Assembly (NCBI GenBank): GCA_964499705.1
Contig: CAZCME010000003.1
Span: 310,001-374,000, forward strand
From: an uncultured bacterium
Lineage (GTDB): Bacteria > UBA8481
DNA length: 64,000 nt
Reading direction: 5' to 3'
A program made the position numbers and the translations under genes. Shown here in pieces: positions 27,638 to 38,162 of this stretch; position 1 is the first letter of the stretch; every line of letters starts with the position of its first letter. The notes beneath the pieces were generated by a model. The model did not search any database. It saw nothing but the letters and a program-made list of their open reading frames with translations, and was not told the origin of the DNA.

Positions 27638-28381
27638 CTACCCCGGAGTATTGCGGAGCTGGACCGGTTTGGCGCGGGTACCGGCGCGGAGATTCAGGGC
27701 TTCGACGAGGACGCTGAAGCCCATGGCGAAGTAGATGTAGCCCTTCGGCACTTCGACGTGCGCGGCTTCCAGGGTGAGCGTGAAACCGATCAGCAGGAGG
27801 AACGAGAGCGCCAGCATCTTGACCGTCGGATGGCGTTCCACGAATTCGGCGATGGAGCGGCTGGCGAGGAGCATGACGAAGACGGCGGCGACGTTGGCCG
27901 CGACCATGATCGCGATGTGCGGGCTCATGCCGACCGCGGTAATGACGGAGTCGATGGAGAAGACCATGTCGAGGATGAGGATCTGGATGAGTACGGACTT
28001 CATCGTGATGGGACCCTTGCCGTTTTCGTGCGACGTGTGTTCCTCGGCTTCGAGCTTCTCGTGAATCTCGTGCGTGGCCTTGTACATGAGGAAGAGCCCG
28101 CCCGCGAGGAGGACGAGCGACTTGCCGGTGACTTCGTGAGAGAGGATATGAAAAAGAGGCCGCGTGAGGCCGACGATCCAGGAGATGCCGAAGAGGAGCA
28201 CGAGCCGGGAACCAAGGGCGAGGCCGAGCCCGGTCTTGCGTGCGCGAGGTCTCTGCGCTTCCGGAAGGCGTCCCGAGAGAATCGATATGAAGATGATGTT
28301 GTCGATCCCCAGGACGATTTCCATCACGGTCAGCGTGAAGAAACTGATCCACGCCTCCGGGCTTGTGAATAACGCCATCAT
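27638..28381 (-). CDS. TerC family membrane protein
   Basis: MEIVLGIDNIIFI, GGLFLMYKATHEIH, LDMVFSIDSVITAVG, HPTVKMLAL, PKGYIYFAMGFS. Confidence 0.93.
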   Translation of the reverse strand: MMALFTSPEAWISFFTLTVMEIVLGIDNIIFISILSGRLPEAQRPRARKTGLGLALGSRLVLLFGISWIVGLTRPLFHILSHEVTGKSLVLLAGGLFLMYKATHEIHEKLEAEEHTSHENGKGPITMKSVLIQILILDMVFSIDSVITAVGMSPHIAIMVAANVAAVFVMLLASRSIAEFVERHPTVKMLALSFLLLIGFTLTLEAAHVEVPKGYIYFAMGFSVLVEALNLRAGTRAKPVQLRNTPG

Positions 28382-28488
28382 GCCGGTGGGAATGTACACG
28401 GTTCAGCTTGATTTTCACACTCCAATCGACCATTCTCCCGCAGCGATATTCGGGGCGGACTTCAGGCGAAAACAGGAAAGGGAATGCG

Positions 28489-30372
28489 ATGGCGACACTC
28501 ATGGACCGGTGGCAGAGGATGAACCTTCCGCCGGAAGTGAAGGAGATTCTCGCGGCGTGCCCGAGCGTCGATGTGCCGTCGACGGCGGCGGAGATGGTCG
28601 ACCTCGCGTGCGGCGGCAGGGACCGGGATTATTTCGAAGTCGCCTATGACGTGCCCGGTCGGGGGCGCGTCGTGGAGGCGACGGTCGCGCGCGTCAGGAA
28701 CGGCATCGCCGCGAACTATCCCGAGCCGTACATGCGGCGGCGCGATCCCGACTGTCTCGTCATCGCCGACTCGCTCCCGACCGACAAAAAACTTTTTCGC
28801 GACCGCTATGGCCGCGACTTCGCGCAGGTAAGGCTGGAAACGTTCGAATGGCTGAAGACGCAGGATCTGGCCATCTTTCCCTTCATCTCGGGCCGCGAGA
28901 AAATGGGTGTCGATACGCTTGTGGTCGCTCCTGCCAACGCGGGTTTCTTCTCCTTCGGCCTCGCGCTTCTGCAGGGCAGCATCGCGCCGTCGGATCTGCC
29001 GGACGATTTTTCTCCGCGCGCCGTCATCTACATTGCGCCGCCGTTCCGGCACACGCACTTCGAAGGCAAGCAGGTCGTCGTTCACAACAGGGGAACCGTG
29101 CATGAGCTTTTTGCCTACAACCTCTATCCCGGCCCGAGCGCCAAGAAGGGCGTCTACGGCCTTCTCATCAGCCTTGGCGAGCTCGAAGGCTGGGTCACGG
29201 CGCACTGTTCCGTCGTCCAGGTCGTCACTCCCTACGACAACATCACAACGATCATGCACGAGGGCGCGTCGGGCGGCGGGAAGAGCGAGATGCTGGAGCA
29301 GGTTCATCGCGAGCGGGACGGCCGGCTGCTGCTGGGGCGCAACATTGTCACCGACGAGGAACGGCATCTGGCGATCCCGCGGACATGCGAGCTGCGGCCG
29401 GTCACCGATGACATGGCGCTCTGCCATCCGTCGCTCCAGCAGAGCGACGAGAAGAAACTGACCGTGGTCGATGCGGAGGACGCCTGGTTCGTCCGCGTCA
29501 ATCACATCGATTCGTACGGCGTCGATCTCGAGCTGGAACGACTCACCGCTCTTCCTCCGGAGCCGCTTCTCTTCCTCAATGTCGATGCGGTGCCCGGCAG
29601 CCGCGCGCTCATCTGGGAACACATCGAGGATTCGCCCGGCAAGGCGTGCCCCAATCCGCGCGTCGTCATCCCGCGCCGCATCGTCCCGAACATCGTGAAC
29701 GATCCCGTCTCCATCGATATCCGATCCATCGGCGTCCGCACTCCCCCGTGCACGCGCGAAAATCCCAGCTACGGCATCATCGGGCTCTTCCATATCCTGC
29801 CGCCCGCGCTCGCCTGGCTCTGGAGGCTCGTCGCTCCACGCGGCTACGCCAATCCCTCGATCATCGCGACGGAGGGAATGTCGAGCGAAGGAGTCGGCTC
29901 CTACTGGCCCTTCGCGACCGGGCGCCGCGTCGACCAGGCGAATCTCCTTCTGAAGCAGGTCGAAGCGACGACGGGCGTGCGGTATATCCTCACGCCCAAC
30001 CAGTACATCGGAGCATGGCAGACGAGTTTCATGCCGCAGTGGATCGCCCGCGAATATCTCGCCCGGCGCGGCAGCGCGAAATTCAAGCCCGACCAGATCG
30101 AGCCCGCGCGCTGCTCGCTCCTCGGCGACGCGCTCTATTCCATCCAGGTCGAAGGCAGCACGATACCCCGCTGGTTTCTGCAGGTGGATACGCAGCCTGA
30201 AGTCGGGGAAGAGGCGTACGATGCCGGCGCGGAGATCCTCCATGCTTTTTTCCGGAAGCAGCTTGCGAAATTCCTGACGACCGATCTCCTGCCGAGGGCG
30301 AAGGAGATCATCGACTGCTGTTTGCAGAAGGGGACGGTCGAGGATTACCGCCGGCTGATCCCGGCGGATTGA
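28489..30372 (+). CDS. DUF4914-like protein (PEP carboxykinase-like P-loop fold)
   Basis: YMRRRDP, GPSAKKG, HEGASGGGKSEM, VTDDMAL, CPNPR, SEGVGSYWPF; family name from recall. Confidence 0.75.
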   Translation: MATLMDRWQRMNLPPEVKEILAACPSVDVPSTAAEMVDLACGGRDRDYFEVAYDVPGRGRVVEATVARVRNGIAANYPEPYMRRRDPDCLVIADSLPTDKKLFRDRYGRDFAQVRLETFEWLKTQDLAIFPFISGREKMGVDTLVVAPANAGFFSFGLALLQGSIAPSDLPDDFSPRAVIYIAPPFRHTHFEGKQVVVHNRGTVHELFAYNLYPGPSAKKGVYGLLISLGELEGWVTAHCSVVQVVTPYDNITTIMHEGASGGGKSEMLEQVHRERDGRLLLGRNIVTDEERHLAIPRTCELRPVTDDMALCHPSLQQSDEKKLTVVDAEDAWFVRVNHIDSYGVDLELERLTALPPEPLLFLNVDAVPGSRALIWEHIEDSPGKACPNPRVVIPRRIVPNIVNDPVSIDIRSIGVRTPPCTRENPSYGIIGLFHILPPALAWLWRLVAPRGYANPSIIATEGMSSEGVGSYWPFATGRRVDQANLLLKQVEATTGVRYILTPNQYIGAWQTSFMPQWIAREYLARRGSAKFKPDQIEPARCSLLGDALYSIQVEGSTIPRWFLQVDTQPEVGEEAYDAGAEILHAFFRKQLAKFLTTDLLPRAKEIIDCCLQKGTVEDYRRLIPAD

Positions 30373-30375
30373 GAC

Positions 30376-31110
30376 CTACAAAGTCCAGGGCTGGAAGAGC
30401 AAGAAGAGCGACGCCGCGGCGAAAATGAAGGCCGAGATGCCGAGCACCGTCCAGCGCGTCTTCGTCCTGAAGATCACTCCGATACCGCCGAAGAAGAGCG
30501 AGATCGCATAGGCGATTCCCGCGAGGTCGAACATGTCGCCGATGTTGTCGCATTTTCCTCCTTCCTTGAATCGGGCATCCGCCTCCTTGAATTTGCCCTC
30601 GGGAGCGGCCGTCATCGCGTCGACATAATCGTCGTCCAGCTCATCTTCCAGGGACTCAAGAAGCAATTCGTCCGGGATATCCTCATCCTGGGGCGCACCC
30701 GCTCTTTCCGTGTCCGCGCCCGGCGCGTTGTCCTCCACGTAATACTTCATCGGAAATTCGAAGGCCCGGTACGCCTTTTCCGAGAGCATCGTGGTATAGA
30801 TGTAGCTCGCGATTTCGAGGTTCTGCGCCCGTTCCGCGCCGCTTCTCGCGTCGCGGGCGGCGATGACGTGGGCTTTCGCCTGAGCGACGGCCGCGAAGTC
30901 GTTATTCACGGCGACGACCGCCTCGTTGTACTCGGCGGCGGCCTGTGTCGTCAGGCGGTTGGCGTCTCCGTATGCCTCGAGCTGCGTCGATCCCCACTGG
31001 TTGGCTTCGAATCCCGCGAGGGCCGATCCGACGGCCGCAAGACCGAGAACAAAGGCCGCGATGACTTCATACTTGTCCGAATCCGAATTGCCGATTTCCT
31101 GATGGCTCAT
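30376..31110 (-). CDS. Hypothetical membrane protein
   Basis: One N-terminal and two C-terminal hydrophobic helices around an acidic soluble domain; GGAGG RBS. Confidence 0.75.
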   Translation of the reverse strand: MSHQEIGNSDSDKYEVIAAFVLGLAAVGSALAGFEANQWGSTQLEAYGDANRLTTQAAAEYNEAVVAVNNDFAAVAQAKAHVIAARDARSGAERAQNLEIASYIYTTMLSEKAYRAFEFPMKYYVEDNAPGADTERAGAPQDEDIPDELLLESLEDELDDDYVDAMTAAPEGKFKEADARFKEGGKCDNIGDMFDLAGIAYAISLFFGGIGVIFRTKTRWTVLGISAFIFAAASLFLLFQPWTL

Positions 31111-31303
31111 TGCGATTCCAACCTCCGAAGATGATCCGATGTGACGGAAACATAAGGCACCTTTGCTCCGGTCTCAAACTCTTTCAGGATCGCGAATGCC
31201 CCATGCCCACTTTCCGCGGACACTTCGATGTCCCTGCCGGTAGCCAATCCGGCACGTTGCCTGCTATGCTGGCTGCAGTTTGAATAACTCCGGAAAAAAT
31301 GAA

Positions 31304-32758
31304 GTGCCGTCGCCGCGCGCGCGACCGATAACACGGAGGAGATTCATCACCTCGCTTGCGGCGGGCTCGGCCGCGCTCATGGCGGGTTGCGGTCGGGCCA
31401 ATTCCTCCCGCCGCGCGGGCGGTCGCGTGATCGTCATCGGCGCCGGAGTCGCCGGGCTTGCCGCCGCGGAGGCGCTGGGAAAGCGTGCTGTCGGAGTGAC
31501 AGTGCTGGAGGCGAGAGACCGCGTCGGGGGCCGGATCTGCTCCGACCGGTCGCACGGTGCTCCCGTGGACATGGGCGCGTCCTGGATTCATGGCGAGAAA
31601 GGCAATCCGCTCACGGCGATTTGTCGAGCGAACTCGATTCGCACGATGCCAAGCGACTTCGAGGATCGGCTGCTGGTCGACCGCGACGGCTCGCCCATTC
31701 CGCTTGCGGAGATGGAACCCTGGGAGGAAATTATCGCCGCGGCCGAGGAGATCGCGGAAGAATCCGAGGAGGATATTCCGTTCGAATCGGCGATGAGGAC
31801 GGCGTTGAAGGGGCGCGAGCTCTCGCCGCGGGAAGAACGGATTTACGAGAACATCCTGGCGGGTGTCGAGTGTGAGTTCGGGGGGAGCGCCGACCGCCTC
31901 TCCGCGTGGTATCTGAACGCGGACGAGGGTTTTGACGGGGAAGATCTCGTCTTTCCCGACGGATACGCAGCGGTGCCCGATGCATTGGCCCGGGGACTCG
32001 ATATCAGGCTCTCGGAACCGGTCGAGTCCGTGGCGTGTTCCGCGAACGCTGCGGTCGTCGAGACCTCCAAGGGACGGCATGAGGCGGACGCCGTGATCGT
32101 CACGTTGCCGCTGGGAATCCTCAAGCGCGGGAATGTTACCTTCGCTCCGAACCTACCCGCGAAAAAACTTGAGGCGATTGACCGGCTCGGGATCGGTGTT
32201 CTCAACAAGGTTGCGGTGAAATTTCCCGAGGTCTTCTGGCCGAAAGAGACGGAGTTCTTCGAATATCTTGCCGGACGTCGTCCCTATGGCCCGGTAACAG
32301 GCGCGACGTGCGCCACGTGCCATGAGCCGCCCGCGCTCCGTCCGTCGAGCGGCTTCGCCGAATTCGTCAACATGGTGCCCGTGAATGGAGCGCCCGTGCT
32401 CATGGCGTTGACCGGCGGCCCCTTCGGGCATCGGCTCGATTCGTGGCCCGACGAAAAGATTCGCACCGAGGTGATCCGGACCATCGAAGCGATGTTCGGT
32501 GGATCGATACCGGAGCCTTCGGGCATGGTCGTTTCCCGTTGGCACGCGGATCCCTGGGCGGGCGGCGCCTACTCCCACATCCCGGTCGGATCGTCACCCG
32601 ATGACTATCGCGAGCTCGCGAAGCCTTGTCACGGGGGAGTCCTGCACTTTGCCGGCGAGGCGACGAACCAGGCTTATCCCGGCACCGTCCACGGCGCGTT
32701 ACTATCGGGTCAGCGGGCCGCGAAGGACGTCCTCGCCAGATTGAACGGAACCGGATGA
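31304..32758 (+). CDS. Flavin amine oxidase family protein with Tat/lipoprotein-like signal
   Basis: ITRRRF and LMAGC; VIGAGVAGL, EARDRVGGR, GASWIHG, TLPLG, FAGEAT, GTVHGA. Start GTG 31304 or TTG 31280. Confidence 0.9.
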   Translation: MPSPRARPITRRRFITSLAAGSAALMAGCGRANSSRRAGGRVIVIGAGVAGLAAAEALGKRAVGVTVLEARDRVGGRICSDRSHGAPVDMGASWIHGEKGNPLTAICRANSIRTMPSDFEDRLLVDRDGSPIPLAEMEPWEEIIAAAEEIAEESEEDIPFESAMRTALKGRELSPREERIYENILAGVECEFGGSADRLSAWYLNADEGFDGEDLVFPDGYAAVPDALARGLDIRLSEPVESVACSANAAVVETSKGRHEADAVIVTLPLGILKRGNVTFAPNLPAKKLEAIDRLGIGVLNKVAVKFPEVFWPKETEFFEYLAGRRPYGPVTGATCATCHEPPALRPSSGFAEFVNMVPVNGAPVLMALTGGPFGHRLDSWPDEKIRTEVIRTIEAMFGGSIPEPSGMVVSRWHADPWAGGAYSHIPVGSSPDDYRELAKPCHGGVLHFAGEATNQAYPGTVHGALLSGQRAAKDVLARLNGTG

Positions 32759-32765
32759 ATCGGCG

Positions 32766-32892
32766 AGGGGTCATTCTCCAACATTGCAACACTCAGAATT
32801 ATGGTAGTTGCGAAAGATCCATCAGTTGAATGCAGGTGCATGCTTCATAACTACATGATTTATCAATGTTGCAATGTTGGAGAATGACCCCT
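32766..32892. mobile_element. MITE-like palindromic element with 26-bp perfect terminal inverted repeats
   Basis: AGGGGTCATTCTCCAACATTGCAACA (32766-32791) and its exact reverse complement (32867-32892); AT-rich, partly self-complementary interior. Confidence 0.6.
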
Positions 32893-34435
32893 ATATCGGC
32901 AACACCACCCTGAACAGGGAGCCTTCTCCCGGCTGGCTCTCGATCTCGATCGTTCCGCCGTGGGCGATGACGATCTCCCGCGCGATGTAGAGGCCCATGC
33001 CCAGTCCGGCGAAGCCCTGCGGAAGGTCGCCCCGTTCGTACTTCTCGAATATTTTCTTCTGCTGATCCATGGGAATGCCGCGCCCCTTGTCGCTCACTTC
33101 CAGGATGGCGTTTCCGTTCTCTTCGCGCACCCGGATGCTTACGGCGGTTCCCTGGCCGTACTTCACGGCGTTGAGGAGGATATTGTCCACGACCTGCTCC
33201 AGTCGACTGCGATCCCATTGGCCTGTCACCGGACCGACGATGTCGATCTTGAGGATGGAGCCTGCTTCGTTCAGCTGCTTCTCGAACCGTTCCGCGGACG
33301 ATCGCACCACCTCCGCGAGGTCGGTCTTCTCCTTCTGAATGCGAAGGCGGCCTTCGCCGGCGCGGGTGACGTCGAGGAGGAGCTGGACGAGCCTGTGGAG
33401 CCGGTCGAGCTGGCGCTCGGCGATGTCGATCATCTTCTGCTGGCGATCCGCGGGCAGCGTAACCAGGGTATTCTGCCGGATGGCCTGCAACAGGCCGTCG
33501 AGGTGGATCCGGAGCGTGGCGATGGGCGTTTTCAACTCGTGCGATGCGATGGCGAGGAATTCGTCGCGCGCGCGCACCGCCGCTTCGGCGTCGACGCGGG
33601 CGATCTTCTCGCGCTGCAGGAGCTTCAGTCGCTCCACCTCGGCGTATTTCCGATCGGTGATGTCCTCCGCGATTCCGACGGCGCGGTAGATCTTCCCCTC
33701 CTCGTTTTTCAGCTCGACGATGCGGTCCCAGATCCATCGGACGGAACCATCGGGACGGATGATGCGATACTCCAGGGCATACGACGATCCTTTTCCGACA
33801 TGCGCGTCGAGAACGGCCTTTAACTGGTCCTTGTCGTCGGCGTGGACCGCGTCGAACCACGAGATCGGCTGGGCATACAGGCTCTCGCAGCTTCGGCCCC
33901 AGACCTGCTCGTAGGCGGGATTGACATACAGGATCCGGCTGAAATCAGGAAGGCCGAAGTAGAAGACATGGCGGAGATTGTCCGCCATCTGGCGGAAACG
34001 CTTTTCGCTTTCCTCCAGAGCCTCTTCGTTCCGCCGCCGTTCCGTGGCATCCCGAAAGCTCCAGACGCGCCCCACGGACACGCCGTCGAGCTTCTGGGAG
34101 ATGGAATAGCGCTCGAAGATTCTGCCGTCCTTGAACCGGAGGACGTCGAAGCTCTCCACATCCGGTTTCGCGTAAAGCTCCAGGATCTTCGCGATGAAGC
34201 GCTCGGGTTCCTCCAGCTGCCCCATGACGTGCATGATGGCCGCGTCGTCGTCGCGCCTGTCCATGATGTCGCGGGGAATCTTCCACATGTCGACGAAGCG
34301 CTGATTGAAGAGCGTGATCTTTCCATGGAGATCGACGACGAGGATCCCGTCGGTCGTGGAATCGAGCGTGGAACGGAGGAGGGAAACCGTGTGCTTCAAT
34401 TCTTCGGCCTCGCGGCCTGGCGGTGCTTCGTTCAT
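32891..34435 (-). CDS. PAS-PAS sensor histidine kinase
   Basis: Two PAS domains, H-box ASHELKTP, N-box NAVKY, DKGRGI, GLGMGL. Confidence 0.93.
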   Translation of the reverse strand: MNEAPPGREAEELKHTVSLLRSTLDSTTDGILVVDLHGKITLFNQRFVDMWKIPRDIMDRRDDDAAIMHVMGQLEEPERFIAKILELYAKPDVESFDVLRFKDGRIFERYSISQKLDGVSVGRVWSFRDATERRRNEEALEESEKRFRQMADNLRHVFYFGLPDFSRILYVNPAYEQVWGRSCESLYAQPISWFDAVHADDKDQLKAVLDAHVGKGSSYALEYRIIRPDGSVRWIWDRIVELKNEEGKIYRAVGIAEDITDRKYAEVERLKLLQREKIARVDAEAAVRARDEFLAIASHELKTPIATLRIHLDGLLQAIRQNTLVTLPADRQQKMIDIAERQLDRLHRLVQLLLDVTRAGEGRLRIQKEKTDLAEVVRSSAERFEKQLNEAGSILKIDIVGPVTGQWDRSRLEQVVDNILLNAVKYGQGTAVSIRVREENGNAILEVSDKGRGIPMDQQKKIFEKYERGDLPQGFAGLGMGLYIAREIVIAHGGTIEIESQPGEGSLFRVVLPI

Positions 34436-34485
34436 GAAGGAATACGGTAGCTCAAGCCGGTGGGGAAGTTAATGGCCAAATGGCG

Positions 34486-35049
34486 CTACCTGCGGCTGCC
34501 GGGTTTCTCGATGGGGCGGCCTTCCGCGCAGAGCGGACAGAGGTTCGGCTCGAAGAGCGGCGCGTTCAGGTTCAGGATCGCGCGCATCGGGATGTCCCGG
34601 GACGACGCGCCTGCGCGGTTGACGAGCGCGCCGATGCCGATGGGGATGGCGCCGAGGGAGCGGACCAGGTCTGCCACTTCCAGCGCGGAGCCACCTGTCG
34701 TGAGGACATCCTCGACGACGAGCACGCGCTCGCCTTGTCGAAGCTCGAAGCCGCGCCGCAGCGCGAATGTGTCGCCGACCCGTTCGGCGAAATATCCGGG
34801 AATCCTGAGGGCGGCCGCGACGACATGCGCGAGGACGATGCCTCCGATGGCGGGCGCGATGACGGAGTCGGGCTTGTCGGCGGAAAATCTTTCCGCGATC
34901 GCTTTACCGGCATGCGCGGCTTCCTCCGGATGCGCGAGCAGCCGCGCGCACTGGAAGTAGACGCCGGAATGGAGCCCGGACGAGAGCACGAAATGGCCCT
35001 CGAGAATGGCCCTTGTCCGGACGAGCGAGACTTCGATATCGAATGTCAT
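34486..35049 (-). CDS. pyrE: Orotate phosphoribosyltransferase
   Basis: GHFVLSSGLHS, LRRGF, VVEDVLTTGGS. Confidence 0.95.
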   Translation of the reverse strand: MTFDIEVSLVRTRAILEGHFVLSSGLHSGVYFQCARLLAHPEEAAHAGKAIAERFSADKPDSVIAPAIGGIVLAHVVAAALRIPGYFAERVGDTFALRRGFELRQGERVLVVEDVLTTGGSALEVADLVRSLGAIPIGIGALVNRAGASSRDIPMRAILNLNAPLFEPNLCPLCAEGRPIEKPGSRR

Positions 35050-35759
35050 GCGAGGACTCCCTTCATTTCACCGAGTATTTCCGAGAGAGATGCGATGGGG
35101 TCGGCTGCCTCCAGGATCGGGCGGCCGACGACGATGTGGGTAGCGCCGTTCCGGATCGCCTCGCCCGCGGTCGCGGTGCGCGACTGGTCATCGTTCTTTG
35201 CGGCGGAGGCCGGCCTGATTCCCGGCGTGATGATGAGCGGAAGTTCTCCGCGCTTCGTGGAGGGCAGAGATTTTCGCAATGCGGCCACTTCCTGCGGCGA
35301 CGAGACGACGCCATCGGCTCCGGCCTCGATCGCCAGGGCGGCCCAGTCGAGAACGCGTTGCTGCGGCGATCGCCCGTCGCGGTGGATCGCTTCCGCCTCA
35401 TCCGGACCAAGGCTCGTGAGAACCGTGACGGCGATGATCTTCGCGCGACCGTTCGCTCCTTCGACCGCCGCGCGGATCATCGACGGTCCGCCGGATGCGT
35501 GGACCGTCATCATGGAAATATCGAGAGCGGCGGATGCCGAAGCCGCGGCTTTGACCGTGCTGGGAATATCATGGAGCTTCAGGTCGAGAAAGATGCGCAG
35601 GCCTTTTCCGCGGATCTCGCGAACCATGTCCGGACCTTCGCCGATGAAAAGTCGCAGCCCGATCTTGACGGTCGTGACGTGGCCCGACAGGCGCCCGGCC
35701 CAGTCGACAGCCTCCGCGCGGGTCATGACGTCCAGGGCGGGAAGGAGGCGATCCTTCAT
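35046..35759 (-). CDS. pyrF: Orotidine-5'-phosphate decarboxylase
   Basis: FLDLKLHDIPSTV, VTVLTS, TPGIRP, DDQSR, VVGRPI. Confidence 0.96.
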   Translation of the reverse strand: MKDRLLPALDVMTRAEAVDWAGRLSGHVTTVKIGLRLFIGEGPDMVREIRGKGLRIFLDLKLHDIPSTVKAAASASAALDISMMTVHASGGPSMIRAAVEGANGRAKIIAVTVLTSLGPDEAEAIHRDGRSPQQRVLDWAALAIEAGADGVVSSPQEVAALRKSLPSTKRGELPLIITPGIRPASAAKNDDQSRTATAGEAIRNGATHIVVGRPILEAADPIASLSEILGEMKGVLA

Positions 35760-36784
35760 GGCTGATTCGCCGGCATGAGCGCGTGCGCCATCATGGGATC
35801 ACCGAGGATCTCGAACGACACCAGGGGTCCTCGGAAGACGAGCCCCGTGTAGAGCTGGACGAGCGAGGCTCCGGCGTCGATCTTCTCCCTGAAATCCGCC
35901 GCGTCAAAGACTCCACCCGCGCCGATGACCGGAATCGCATCCCGGGACATGGTCCGGATTGAGCGGATCATTTCCGTGCTCTTCTGCCGGAGCGGCCTGC
36001 CGGAGAGCCCGCCCTCCTCGCGATCGGGGATTCCACCATCCGCGACGGTCGTGTTCGTCGCGACGATGCCGGCGCACTTCAGCTCCTGAACCAGCGCGAC
36101 AATCGTCGTGAGCTGGTCTTCGTTCAGGTCCGGAGCAATCTTCACGAGGAGCGGTTTCCGGGGTTGGTTTGTTTCCTGAAGGGCCGAAAGGATCGCGCGC
36201 AATTTTTCGGGTTCCTGCAGTTCCCGGAGCCCCGGCGTGTTGGGCGAGCTCACGTTTACGACGAAATAATCTCCGACGTCATGCAGGAGCTGGAAGGAGG
36301 CCACGTAGTCCCGGGCGGCTTCCGCGAGCGGAGTCACTTTCGACATGCCGATGTTGATGCCGATCGGAAAGTCCTTCCACGCATGGCGTTCGCGGACTTT
36401 AAGAAGCCGCCGCGCGACGAGTTCCGCGCCGTCGTTGGGAAATCCGAGCCGGTTCACCAGCGCCTCCTGGCGGGGATGCCGGAAGATGCGGGGCCGGGCG
36501 TTGCCGGGCTGGGCGTGGCGCGTGATCGTTCCGATCTCGCAGAAGCCGAAGCCGAGTTTTTCCCAGGCGGGAAGCGCGATGCCGTTCTTGTCGACCCCGG
36601 CTGCGATGCCCAGCGGATTCCGGAATGTCAACCCGAAGAGGTTGACAGGGAGTTCGGGCGTCGGCCGCCCGGCGGAGAGAGCGGAGGACAGCGGCGTCCG
36701 GGACAGCAGGGCCAGGGCGAACCGGTGAGCCACCTCCGGATCGAGGCGGAAGAGGAGGGGGCGGATGAGGGAGGAATAAAGCAT
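35756..36784 (-). CDS. pyrD: Quinone-dependent dihydroorotate dehydrogenase (class 2)
   Basis: LDPEVAH, AAGVDKNG, NRLGFPN, NVSSPNTPGLR, KIAPD, GGLSG. Confidence 0.95.
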   Translation of the reverse strand: MLYSSLIRPLLFRLDPEVAHRFALALLSRTPLSSALSAGRPTPELPVNLFGLTFRNPLGIAAGVDKNGIALPAWEKLGFGFCEIGTITRHAQPGNARPRIFRHPRQEALVNRLGFPNDGAELVARRLLKVRERHAWKDFPIGINIGMSKVTPLAEAARDYVASFQLLHDVGDYFVVNVSSPNTPGLRELQEPEKLRAILSALQETNQPRKPLLVKIAPDLNEDQLTTIVALVQELKCAGIVATNTTVADGGIPDREEGGLSGRPLRQKSTEMIRSIRTMSRDAIPVIGAGGVFDAADFREKIDAGASLVQLYTGLVFRGPLVSFEILGDPMMAHALMPANQP

Positions 36785-36792
36785 GGGGAAAC

Positions 36793-36879
36793 GATCTAGG
36801 ATTTCAGAGGGAGGATTTCAGATATGAAATTTGAGATGTCGGAGGTTCCGCTCGGCCGGGAGATCTCACATCCGAAATC
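36793..36879. repeat. Degenerate heptamer-period inverted-repeat cassette between pyrC and pyrD
   Basis: GATCTAG GATTTCA GAGGGAG GATTTCA GATATGA AATTTGA GATGTCG, with a complementary arm ATCTCAC ATCCGAA ATC. Confidence 0.6.
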
Positions 36880-36884
36880 GATTG

Positions 36885-38158
<1,274 letters not shown>

Positions 38159-38162
<4 letters not shown>

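Noticed and set aside
28382-28488. yybP-ykoY manganese riboswitch upstream of terC
   Set aside because: The gap is about 100 bp, shared with a divergent gene, and no consensus was recognisable.
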